Numbered from the stretch's first letter, positions 28,465-36,896 are shown. The stretch: DNA of 64,000 nt from Candidatus Uhrbacteria bacterium (GCA_013204385.1 JABMNY010000013.1:517-64516); one strand, 5' to 3'. Made by a program: numbers and translations. The notes: generated by a model not told the origin, from the letters alone.

Positions 28465-30255
28465 ATGAACTTCGCCCTCAATCTCTTTCTGTTGGTCGGC
28501 CTTCTGGGCTGTCAGGAAACTGCGGAGGTTCAGATGGACCCCGTGAGCATTCCTTCTCCCAAGCCCCTGCCTGCTCCTCAGGTCGACGAGAGCTTCATGA
28601 ACCCCTCGGCTGTCGAAGCCTGGCGGAGCGAGATCACGACCCTGATCGCCCACCGAGCAGGGGCGGTGGATCCAAACCTGCTCTTCAGCTACAGCACGAG
28701 CTTTTTGGTCCAGGGAGGGAAGCCAGATCCTCTGATTGGCAACCCTGACATCTGGAACGCAAACTACGAAGTCTCCTTCGAGTTCGAGCCTGAAGTGACC
28801 CTCCCGAGTCTCGACGAGGCCAAGCAGTTGGAACTGGCTGACGATGAATGGGAGGCAGCACAGATCTTCATCATCCATGACAAGATGGTTGATGCGGCTA
28901 GGTGTGCCGTCAAGCTCGAGGAAGAGTCTCAGTGGAAGGTGGTCGCCATGATCGCCGTGCACACTGGAGACTTCGAAATGCTCGATCGCGCGACTACACA
29001 GATGGTCAATGCGAACTGGACCACCAAGACGGTGGACGTCATTCGCTACGCCATCGAGCAGGGAAAGCCCGAGGCAGCTCGACGCATTGCAAAGACTCAC
29101 GGATGGGAGCTGAAGAACGTCATTGATTCCCAGCTCGTCCGGATGATGGCGAAGAGTGGCGACCAGACCGAGCTCGAGGTACTCATCAAGCAGGAGCTCG
29201 ATGATTCCCAGCTGGAGGAGGTCGTTGCGGACATCGTGATGCTCAGCAAGTCGAAGCCTGACATCGCTCGCGCCTACGCGAGTCGACTTCTGCGTCTTCC
29301 GGAGGCGAATCTCTTCATCTGGACGGAGTGTCGCGAAGGTTGCTACTCCTCAGCGGTGAGGGGCTCGATCGAGCTCTTCCAGTTCGTGAAAAGCGATCCT
29401 GAACTCAAGGCTCTCTACCTGCAACATCAGAAGCAGGTGTTCGCGGACATGTTTCCTGCGAACGAGACTCAGAAGTCCGTCACAGCAGGTGTTGATCCCT
29501 CCTCCTATGTGGGTTTCGGAAGCGACATTTGGGGAATGGACGGGGAATACTCTTCCAATAATTTCCTCTACACTCACCTCGTCCATGTCCGTGCGATGCG
29601 TGACGCGGAGCTGACCGCAACCTGGACCTCGATTCTCGATGGGTTGGCCAAGAAGAAGGGCTTCCAGGGGCAGAGCCTGGCCTTCGAGGTGCAGTTTGGG
29701 CGTTACGTGTTGGGACTGCCTTTCACGGCCGATGACCCCAACCTCGATGGGAGTGAGAAGATCGCACTTGGGACGCTCAAAGGGGTTCCCGCTCCGGACA
29801 TGTCCGGAGTCTGGACCATGTGGAACACGATGCCTCCTACCAGTGAAGAGTTGTCTCAGATGAGCTGGCTCTACCAGTTCCTGACCCGTGGGACGATCTC
29901 CTCCCAGCGTGATGCTCAGATCCGGACCGAACTCGGCATCGAGTCGGTCCCAGGTGAAGATGTTCCCCTCAACAAAGAGCTTCAGACAAGGTTCTTCCAG
30001 AGTCTGATGGCACGCTACGAGTTTGGCTGGGACCTCACCAGTGCATTCGACCGCGCGTTTCGCGCTCACGCGACCAACGTTACCGCTCAACGGTTGCGGA
30101 GGGAGCGTGGCTTGCCTGAGATCAATCTCTACCCTGATTCCCAGGAAGAGCTTGTGGAGTTGATGGCCCCGAGCCTGATGCTTCTTGAGCAGAAGCTCCC
30201 GGCGCTTTACGTGCAGTGGCGCCAGAAGCACCCGGTTCCGATCCCGACGCCCTGA
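28465..30255 (+). CDS. Large orphan lipoprotein, GC-richer codon usage
   Basis: MNFALNLFLLVGLLGC lipobox, Pro-rich linker, mostly helical body; GGAG 5 nt before ATG. Confidence 0.8.
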   Translation: MNFALNLFLLVGLLGCQETAEVQMDPVSIPSPKPLPAPQVDESFMNPSAVEAWRSEITTLIAHRAGAVDPNLLFSYSTSFLVQGGKPDPLIGNPDIWNANYEVSFEFEPEVTLPSLDEAKQLELADDEWEAAQIFIIHDKMVDAARCAVKLEEESQWKVVAMIAVHTGDFEMLDRATTQMVNANWTTKTVDVIRYAIEQGKPEAARRIAKTHGWELKNVIDSQLVRMMAKSGDQTELEVLIKQELDDSQLEEVVADIVMLSKSKPDIARAYASRLLRLPEANLFIWTECREGCYSSAVRGSIELFQFVKSDPELKALYLQHQKQVFADMFPANETQKSVTAGVDPSSYVGFGSDIWGMDGEYSSNNFLYTHLVHVRAMRDAELTATWTSILDGLAKKKGFQGQSLAFEVQFGRYVLGLPFTADDPNLDGSEKIALGTLKGVPAPDMSGVWTMWNTMPPTSEELSQMSWLYQFLTRGTISSQRDAQIRTELGIESVPGEDVPLNKELQTRFFQSLMARYEFGWDLTSAFDRAFRAHATNVTAQRLRRERGLPEINLYPDSQEELVELMAPSLMLLEQKLPALYVQWRQKHPVPIPTP

Positions 30256-30303
30256 ACACGCGTACATCCGTACGCTACGCCCGACCCCTCCTTCTGAGGC
30301 CTG

Positions 30304-30342
30304 CCCGCCATAGCTCCACGAGCGACGGCGGGTTTTCTTTTT
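30304..30342 (+). terminator. Intrinsic terminator
   Basis: cccgcc...gctc-cac-gagc...ggcggg plus T-run. Confidence 0.75.
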
Positions 30343-30379
30343 GAGTAAAAGAGGGTAATTTGTAGATATAAGAGGAGTT

Positions 30380-30487
30380 TGCAACGATCTGAGACTTAGG
30401 GCGATATACTTATGCAAGGTCGACAGAATGTCGGGCTTACAACGTAAATCTCAAATGTTGTGAGCCTAGACATTCACTTAACTTGTA
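30380..30487 (+). promoter_or_regulatory. Promoter and structured 5' leader of the ECF sigma gene
   Basis: TGCAAC-N16-CGAT, TATACT at 30405-30410, long hairpin 30426-30475. Confidence 0.5.
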
Positions 30488-30501
30488 ACTTACATGATGA
30501 T

Positions 30502-31128
30502 ATGGAAGAACCTCTGATTGTGAATGCTCAATCAGACCCAGATGCATTCGGGCGGTTGTACGATATGTACTACCAACCCGTTTTTGGGTTCATGTACAAC
30601 AGAACGGGGAATGCTGAGCTTGCAAAGGACTTAACAAGCGAAACGTTTTTTCAAGCTTTGAAGAATCTCCATCGTTATAAACCTCGCAAAGGTGCCAGTT
30701 TTAAATCTTGGCTTTTCGCGATTGGAGTGGCTCAAGTTGGAAATTATTATAGGAGTCGCTCAAAATTTCTTGAGGTCACGACAGATGAGGCTCCAGAACT
30801 GATTGGCCGAGATGATTTTAGACCCGATATTGCCTATAGAATGGGAGAGGATGAGAAAGAGCTTGAAGCACAAATTACCTTGCTTCGTACCATGATGAGT
30901 AAACTGAACCAAAGGCAACAAACCATTTTGACACTTCGTTTCTTCTCGCACATGACAGTCCCTGAGATTGCAACAACCATCGGAATGAAAGAAGGGACAG
31001 TTAAATCACATATTCACAGAGCATTAAAGAAACTTCAAATTCTCATGTTACAAGAAGAGGAAGAAGTACAGGCACGACAAATGGAGGTTTTACCAAAAAA
31101 ATATGTCCGACAAACAGCTCAAAATTGA
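30502..31128 (+). CDS. ECF-type sigma-70 factor
   Basis: AFGRLYD.Y, A.DLTSETF..A, SFKSWLF.I, EIA..IG..EGTVKS.IHRALKKL; start placed at MEEP. Confidence 0.92.
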   Translation: MEEPLIVNAQSDPDAFGRLYDMYYQPVFGFMYNRTGNAELAKDLTSETFFQALKNLHRYKPRKGASFKSWLFAIGVAQVGNYYRSRSKFLEVTTDEAPELIGRDDFRPDIAYRMGEDEKELEAQITLLRTMMSKLNQRQQTILTLRFFSHMTVPEIATTIGMKEGTVKSHIHRALKKLQILMLQEEEEVQARQMEVLPKKYVRQTAQN

Positions 31129-31555
31129 AGAACTCTTAGAGGTTATGGGTTCAAAGGAACATGTCGGCAGTTCAGAGCATCGCTATGAACTACGACGGAG
31201 TCTTTTATGTTCTCGATTCTTTGCTGCGGAAACTGCTTGCATGAGTCGTTGGGATAAAATGATGACCTATACAGCACCGCTTGTGGCTGGGGGGATGATG
31301 GTTGGTGTATTTACGTTAATGGTTGTGTATGCTCCTATTGAGCCAGAAGTAGGTCCGCAGACACGTTTTTCAAAAGAATCATCACTTGAGGCAGATCAAT
31401 ATGCTTCTTTAGAAGTGCTTCCAATTAATGCGGAGGATTTTCTTTCAGATCCAGCACAACCAACAGTTCAACTGGTTGGATTTCAAACAGAGCAGTCAAG
31501 ACCTGTTATGCATTATACACCGCTTACTTCACAGGAATACGTTCGTACGCAGTAA
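31103..31555 (+). CDS. Putative single-pass anti-sigma factor
   Basis: Overlaps the ECF sigma 3' end; soluble N-terminus, one TM, C-terminal tail. Confidence 0.6.
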   Translation: MSDKQLKIEELLEVMGSKEHVGSSEHRYELRRSLLCSRFFAAETACMSRWDKMMTYTAPLVAGGMMVGVFTLMVVYAPIEPEVGPQTRFSKESSLEADQYASLEVLPINAEDFLSDPAQPTVQLVGFQTEQSRPVMHYTPLTSQEYVRTQ

Positions 31556-31577
31556 TTCCTTATTGTATTGTCGTATA

Positions 31578-31606
31578 TTTACAAAAGGGTTTTTCAGTTT
31601 TATACT
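31578..31606 (+). promoter_or_regulatory. Sigma70 promoter for the candidate ncRNA
   Basis: TTTACA-17 bp-TATACT; predicted start ~31613 coincides with the 5' strand of the closing stem. Confidence 0.7.
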
Positions 31607-31612
31607 AGAGAT

Positions 31613-31947
31613 AGCTCCACGGAACTAATTTGGGCAAACATTTGGTAAAGGGCTTAGAGCTGTTCTTGCTTTGGCAGAACATGAGAGCCCCGCGGTAAAC
31701 CCAAGAGTTTGTGAATTTGGCCCACTTTCGACTTACGGGACCCCGCCAGTTCCTCGTTGTACGTCTGAGTACAGCTTCGTCGCTGGCACCCCGTGCACCA
31801 AAATTGGTCTCAAATTCACAAACTCTTACGAAGGGTGCAGCAAATTCGATACGATGCTTCGGTGAGTCAACTGAATCATTGTGGAGAACGCGTACTGGCC
31901 CATGGTCAGTACCCGACTTTCGCGCGCCAAATATAGGGCTGTGGAGT
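31613..31947 (+). ncRNA. Unidentified ~335-nt structured non-coding RNA
   Basis: 5'/3' closing helix, 18-bp central helix, several nested hairpins, G-U pairs favouring + strand, own promoter and terminator. Confidence 0.75.
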
Positions 31948-31949
31948 AA

Positions 31950-31991
31950 AAAACTCCTGATATGAAGTTTCATATCAGGAGTTTTAATTTT
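31950..31991 (+). terminator. Strong (bidirectional-type) intrinsic terminator
   Basis: 17-bp perfect inverted repeat aaaactcctgatatgaa-gt-ttcatatcaggagtttt. Confidence 0.85.
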
Positions 31992-32000
31992 GATGTATCA

Positions 32001-32060
32001 GCCCCGACGTTCTTCTAAGTCGGGGTCCCGACCCTCTATTTATGATATTAGGCGTCGGGA
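32001..32060. repeat. Tandem CCCGAC...GTCGGG palindromes
   Basis: gccccgac-N10-gtcggggt and tcccgac...gtcggga back to back. Confidence 0.65.
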
Positions 32061-32118
32061 TCGATGTTCGTTCCTTTGTTTTCTGAGAAAGAAAAAAAGC
32101 CCAAAGGCTTCGAGAGGG

Positions 32119-32625
32119 TCAGGAGGACTGCGTGAGAGTCTGGTAGACTTCTGTGATTCGTTTTGGCAGACGTTTGGGTGCCAGCTCATCATCGCCAAGA
32201 AGGGTGGTCTCGAGTTCTTCGAGAAGTGAAAGAATCTCTTCAGCACGAGCTACGTGTGTAGTGTAGTGACTCAGTGCTCTGTCGAGGGTGCCGACCGTCA
32301 AGGGGTCATGCTCCTTACTTCTTGCAAGGGTAGATCTGTAGCCATCCATTTCGTGTTGGCCCACAGCGTACCATTCGGCGATCGTCTGGTGGCTCTGTTC
32401 CATGGCTTCCAGATGTAATGGAAGGACGCGGAACACAAGTTCATCGAGCTGCCCGTTAGCAGTCTCCCAGTTGGTCCCATACATGTGAGGCTTCAGACGT
32501 TCGAAAATAGCGTGGGCACGTAGACGCATTCGATGCGTCAATGTGTGAGCATCGAGAAGGCGATATACCCCCAGCAGAAGAAGAATGCAGATGACGACAA
32601 TGAATTGTGTCACAATTGAGGACAT
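32119..32625 (-). CDS. Hypothetical membrane-anchored helical protein
   Basis: N-terminal TM, GGAGG SD, TTGACA upstream, terminator-like hairpin near 32095-32112. Confidence 0.75.
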   Translation of the reverse strand: MSSIVTQFIVVICILLLLGVYRLLDAHTLTHRMRLRAHAIFERLKPHMYGTNWETANGQLDELVFRVLPLHLEAMEQSHQTIAEWYAVGQHEMDGYRSTLARSKEHDPLTVGTLDRALSHYTTHVARAEEILSLLEELETTLLGDDELAPKRLPKRITEVYQTLTQSS

Positions 32626-32918
32626 GAGAACCTCCGAAGCTTAGAATTACAAATTTATAGGTCTTTGTCAATACAAAACCTTTATTTGATTTAGTTTTTT
32701 GATCCTTTTTTCAGACCCGCGATTGTACTCACCTGGACTTCTGTCTGGACATACAACGCAGTGGTAGGGGATTTGAAAGTCAAGATTATTGTTCGAGATG
32801 TTCCCGGTCGCTCGATAAGTCTTCGGTTTGCCTGTCGTATGAGCAACCTCCTTTTAGTTCATTATTTTTCCTTGCGGAATTCGGCGAACGATATTATGCA
32901 CAAGCTTTACAAAGGGAG

Positions 32919-33803
32919 TCATAAAGAAAGTCTTTTTCGATGCTGTTTGAGAAGTTTATCTTTGATAAGACGGGACACCATGTCGTCGATCCATTCTTGA
33001 TCTAGATGTTGATCGAACATCGGGTCGATGAGTGGACCTAGTTGATTTGATCTGATGGTTACTCGTTCTCGTACTGTTTTAAGGATTCGGCCTCGGTAGA
33101 TGCGGTCTGGATAGGGTTTATTTCGATACTGTCGTTCCTTTGGTTTTTTTGTAGATCGTTTCGGAATCGTTACAGTTTTTTCTAAAAAGTTCTTTGATGC
33201 GAAACACTCATTTTTAAGTGGACAGCGGGCACAATCTGGTGATTTGGTACAAATACTGGTTGCAAGGTCAAAGATGGCCTGTGGGACGTCCCAGTAGGCT
33301 CCACGGCGCGGAAGAAACTCTTCTGTACAGCCGTGAATCTTTTCATCATCTGCCAGTTGCGGAAAATGAATTCCTAGAAGATAACGACCAAGAACTCGAC
33401 GGATGTTTGTATCAATCGGAAGTGTTCGTTTTCTTTGAGCGAAGGCACTAATCGCCGAAGCTGTGTAAGGACCAATCCCTTTGATTGTTAACCATTCATC
33501 TTCAGTCTGAGGAAGACCATTTAGATTGACTGTACGCGCCACGTCTCGAAGCATGAGTGCTCTGCGGTTATAGCCGAGTCCCGCCCATGCTGTAATGACT
33601 TCTGCATTTGTGGCAAGCGAGAGTTTCTTCCAGGAGGGGAATTGTTTCAGCCAAGATTTGTAATAGACTCGAACACGATCTACTTGAGTCTGCTGCAACA
33701 TGATTTCACTCACGAGGATGCGATAAGGGTCTTGCGTCTTCCTCCAAGGGAGATCTCGACCATGTACGCGATACCAGCGGAGTAGGAGTGTTGCCGGTTT
33801 CAT
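32919..33803 (-). CDS. mutY: A/G-specific adenine glycosylase (MutY; short form without NUDIX-like domain)
   Basis: RDLPWR, VSEIMLQQTQV, W.GLGYNRRA, GIGPYTA, DTNIRRV, C..C..C..C Fe-S motif. Confidence 0.92.
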   Translation of the reverse strand: MKPATLLLRWYRVHGRDLPWRKTQDPYRILVSEIMLQQTQVDRVRVYYKSWLKQFPSWKKLSLATNAEVITAWAGLGYNRRALMLRDVARTVNLNGLPQTEDEWLTIKGIGPYTASAISAFAQRKRTLPIDTNIRRVLGRYLLGIHFPQLADDEKIHGCTEEFLPRRGAYWDVPQAIFDLATSICTKSPDCARCPLKNECFASKNFLEKTVTIPKRSTKKPKERQYRNKPYPDRIYRGRILKTVRERVTIRSNQLGPLIDPMFDQHLDQEWIDDMVSRLIKDKLLKQHRKRLSL

Positions 33804-34387
33804 AGATCGATCACTCCAGAATTGACGAGTGCTTGATAATGCTCCGGTTGAAATCTAAAAAGGTATTCAATTACTTTTCCTCGTTGAGGTGTTGAATCGA
33901 GTCCTACAGAGTCTGCGAATGTTTGGATGCGCTCCAATGCTTTCGTTGTTTGAGAGGGATGTTCTACAAGGAGTTCTATTTCAGCAAGCTCATAGCCAAA
34001 GTCGCAGATGTCGAGATCAATACGAAACCCATCTCGTCGATAACTCTTTCGTGCTTTTGCAATGCGGCAATAAGGGAAGATTCCCACAGCTTGCAAAGCC
34101 TCTGCTAGAGGGAGGGTGTCTGAAAGCTTTAGAAACGCTCGGATACGCATCTCGTTCTCGATCTCCTCATAGATGGCACCTGTTTGTTTTTGGTGATCTT
34201 TCTGTCCAACTTTTAGTTCGTATTTGCCGTTACGAGTTCTCAGCCAAATATCCTGTAAAGAATAAGTGAATTCTTGTGTATCAAAAAAGACATCAACATT
34301 GGTCCCTTCTTTTATAAGCTCGGCTCCTCTGAGCAGGTTCTCTTCCTGGTCGGATGTGAGTCTAAATTTCTTTTCGACCTCGATCAT
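33800..34387 (-). CDS. CYTH-domain protein
   Basis: IEVEKKF, LRTR, ELK, EEIE, RKSY, DLD, EIE, GKV. Confidence 0.88.
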   Translation of the reverse strand: MIEVEKKFRLTSDQEENLLRGAELIKEGTNVDVFFDTQEFTYSLQDIWLRTRNGKYELKVGQKDHQKQTGAIYEEIENEMRIRAFLKLSDTLPLAEALQAVGIFPYCRIAKARKSYRRDGFRIDLDICDFGYELAEIELLVEHPSQTTKALERIQTFADSVGLDSTPQRGKVIEYLFRFQPEHYQALVNSGVIDL

Positions 34388-34434
34388 ATCAAGTACCATA
34401 GTAACATATGCGAACATCGTCAAAATCTCCACTC

Positions 34435-35514
34435 ATGACAGCTCTTTTTGCCTCCTTACTACTCATTGCAATTCTGCTTGCCATTGCCGTTGGAGCAAAG
34501 CTCGGGAAGACAAAAACTTCTCCACAAGTTCAAGAGAGTCTGAACGCGCAAGAAACTCCTTCTGTAGAAGAGACTCAGAAAGAAAAAGATGAACCAGCTC
34601 CCGTCTTTTTTTCGATCATGACACATCTAGAAGGTAACTGGACACAAGCAATTGACTTCGAACCATTTTTCGATCGACAGGCAGAGTATCTCAGACAAGG
34701 ATATGCGTATGCACAAACATACAACGCCATTCTCACGATTGAATCTGAAATTCCAATGGCGGAAGCGATGGTCAAATGGAATGACAATCTTCTTCAAGAG
34801 GCACTTGATCTTGGGCAAGGGGTTGGAACACATTGTGATATCACTCCAAGTGAAAAATATTCAACAGAGGAGATCATTGAAGAATTTGCCAGACGTAAGC
34901 GTGCCGTTGATGTATTAGTCGATCCTTCAGAAAATCTTGGTTGTTCTGGTGGAGGAGGTGTGAGTGATTGGTATCTTGGGGCTGTCGGAGCTGGGTTTGA
35001 CTACATTGATGGAACTGTCGGATTTCATTTGTTAGCAGTCCCTGTACGTGAACGACCGCAGGGGTGGGATAACCGTGCGATTCTTTCTGAGTATTACCAT
35101 TATGGAGTCCCTCGTGAAGATCAGAAGAAGTACTATCCGTTTTTCATTTCTAACGTTGGATTTGAGGAAGATCCGAGTGGAGCTTTGTTGGTGAGTGCTG
35201 GTGATATAGGTGCTATTCAAGCTATTGCAGAATTGGAAGGGAAAGAAGGATGGGATGGAGACTGTGAGGGGGAGTGTGAATTTTCCCGAGAAGATGTTGA
35301 TGTGCTTGTGGAGCGGATTCAGACGCTTGTTGACGATCGAGATGAGACACGGGTCATGAAACTTCAGGTCTATATTGCGACTCAGTATTATGCGGATCCA
35401 GACATGGAATACTTTTTTCAAGAGATGGAAAAGCTTCAAGATGAACAGGTATTTCAATGGGCAAGTCAAAAGCAAGTCTATGAAGCCGTTGTTGATTGGG
35501 ATGATCGATCCTAA
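34435..35514 (+). CDS. Membrane-anchored acidic protein, possible polysaccharide-deacetylase-like fold
   Basis: N-terminal TM; THLE and GVGTHCD motifs; start 34408 also possible; fold is inference. Confidence 0.7.
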   Translation: MTALFASLLLIAILLAIAVGAKLGKTKTSPQVQESLNAQETPSVEETQKEKDEPAPVFFSIMTHLEGNWTQAIDFEPFFDRQAEYLRQGYAYAQTYNAILTIESEIPMAEAMVKWNDNLLQEALDLGQGVGTHCDITPSEKYSTEEIIEEFARRKRAVDVLVDPSENLGCSGGGGVSDWYLGAVGAGFDYIDGTVGFHLLAVPVRERPQGWDNRAILSEYYHYGVPREDQKKYYPFFISNVGFEEDPSGALLVSAGDIGAIQAIAELEGKEGWDGDCEGECEFSREDVDVLVERIQTLVDDRDETRVMKLQVYIATQYYADPDMEYFFQEMEKLQDEQVFQWASQKQVYEAVVDWDDRS

Positions 35515-35637
35515 GACGCTTGACACGCTCTTGAGCTCTTGATAGAGGCTCGTGTAAACTATCCTTACCTAAGCGTTTAGGTATTAATTCATAAACTATC
35601 CTTGAGGCATAAAGACAGATGTCTTAGCCACAATGTT

Positions 35638-35805
35638 ATGCTGTATCAATACAGTTTCGTCTCCGGTGATGAGTGGGACGATGACGATGACGATGACGAT
35701 GACATGGACCTGGGTATGGGCAGTGACGAAGAAGATGATGACGACGATGCCGATACGGACATGGACCTTGACATGGGTCTCGACGACGACGGAGACGAAT
35801 GGTAA
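35638..35805 (+). CDS. 55-aa extremely acidic peptide
   Basis: MLYQYSFVSGDEW-D9-MDLGMGSDEE-D5-ADTDMDLDMGLDDDGDEW*; mixed GAC/GAT codons; TTGACA upstream and hairpin downstream. Confidence 0.7.
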   Translation: MLYQYSFVSGDEWDDDDDDDDDMDLGMGSDEEDDDDDADTDMDLDMGLDDDGDEW

Positions 35806-35807
35806 CG

Positions 35808-35837
35808 ATAAATGAGATCCGCATGGATCTCATTTAT
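35808..35837 (+). terminator. 13-bp perfect hairpin after the acidic peptide
   Basis: ataaatgagatcc-gcat-ggatctcatttat. Confidence 0.65.
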
Positions 35838-35939
35838 ATTCTTGCGAAGTACTTGTCTTGACAAGGTGTTATAATAGACTAAACTAACGTCCTTGCTTAG
35901 AAATCAAAAACAGCGTATCTTCCAGACGAATTTTGAAAT

Positions 35940-36890
35940 ATGCATATAGCCATTCTCGTATTTGAACAGGAGAAGAAAGAACTTCTACCTGGGTCTAAAA
36001 TGCTCATGGATAAGGCACATCTCATGAAGCATGAGGTGACGATCTTGAGAGAAAATGAATTGTACATTTTGTACGATGGTCAAAGAGAATCTCTTTTTCT
36101 TGCGGGTAAACCGCTGGAGAAGTTTGATGCAGTCATCGTGCGTCCAAGTTTTACTTCAGACCCATCCATTCACGCATCACTCATACGTCAGTTTGAGTTA
36201 CAAGGATACCTTGTAATCAATACGCACTCTGGTGTACATCGAGCTAAAAATAAAGTTCGTACTCTTCAACTTCTTCATCACTATGGAATCCCTATGCCAA
36301 AGACGGTCGTACTTTTTGGGGAAGGGAATTTAGATGAAGTCATGCATGAGTTTAAATATCCAGTGATTGTAAAATCAGCATACGGAGCGGGTGGATCAGG
36401 AGTGTTCATTGCAGAGTCTAAACGATCACTCAAACCCGTGGTTGAACATTTGTTAAAGCGTTCAAAAGTAGAACCAATTAAAATTCAAGAATACATCGCT
36501 GAATCAAAAGGAAAAGATTTACGATTATTCATTGTCGGGAAAAAAGTGGTCGCCACGATGCAGAGATCTGCAAAGAAGGGGGAGTTTCGTTCCAACTTTC
36601 ATAAGGGTGGAAGTGTAAAGGGGGTGCAACCAACAAAACAAGAAGAAGAGATGGCGCTCGCTGCAAGTATTGGGTTGGGTCTTGATATTTCTGGAGTTGA
36701 TATTCTTAGAACCAAAAAAGGACCCGTGATTATCGAAGTGAATTCTCAACCTGGACTTGAGGGAATCAGTCTGGCAACAGGGGTTGATGTCGCAAAAAAA
36801 ATTATTGAATACACAGAAAAATGCGCGAACCTCCGAAAACGAAACGGACAACGACCAGCAAAGGAAAAGCGAAAGTCTCAAGAAGGGTAA
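35940..36890 (+). CDS. RimK-family ATP-grasp (alpha-L-glutamate ligase-like) protein
   Basis: KNK.RTLQLL, P.PKT, IVK...G..G.GV, QEYI, DLR, FRSNFHKGG, GVD, EVNSQPGLEG. Confidence 0.9.
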   Translation: MHIAILVFEQEKKELLPGSKMLMDKAHLMKHEVTILRENELYILYDGQRESLFLAGKPLEKFDAVIVRPSFTSDPSIHASLIRQFELQGYLVINTHSGVHRAKNKVRTLQLLHHYGIPMPKTVVLFGEGNLDEVMHEFKYPVIVKSAYGAGGSGVFIAESKRSLKPVVEHLLKRSKVEPIKIQEYIAESKGKDLRLFIVGKKVVATMQRSAKKGEFRSNFHKGGSVKGVQPTKQEEEMALAASIGLGLDISGVDILRTKKGPVIIEVNSQPGLEGISLATGVDVAKKIIEYTEKCANLRKRNGQRPAKEKRKSQEG

Positions 36891-36896
36891 TTGTCT

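Noticed and set aside
28453-30417. Long antisense ORFs (215 aa and 355 aa)
   Set aside because: By-product of codon bias in the sense lipoprotein gene.
30421-30440. gacagaatgtcgggctta resembling the RNase P RNA 3' motif
   Set aside because: No upstream GAGGAAAGUC partner; the segment is explained by the local leader hairpin.
31605-31973. ORF-track ORFs over the candidate ncRNA (31605-31973 -, 31671-31865 +, 31711-31965 +)
   Set aside because: No motifs or plausible start context; nested helices, promoter and terminator fit an RNA better.
32878-32904. Weak dif-like sequence near the orientation switch
   Set aside because: Both arms match poorly and the spacing is wrong.
35633-35864. Alternative-frame ORFs (poly-MT, poly-S, poly-HR)
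   Set aside because: Third-position GAC/GAT variation supports the Asp frame.
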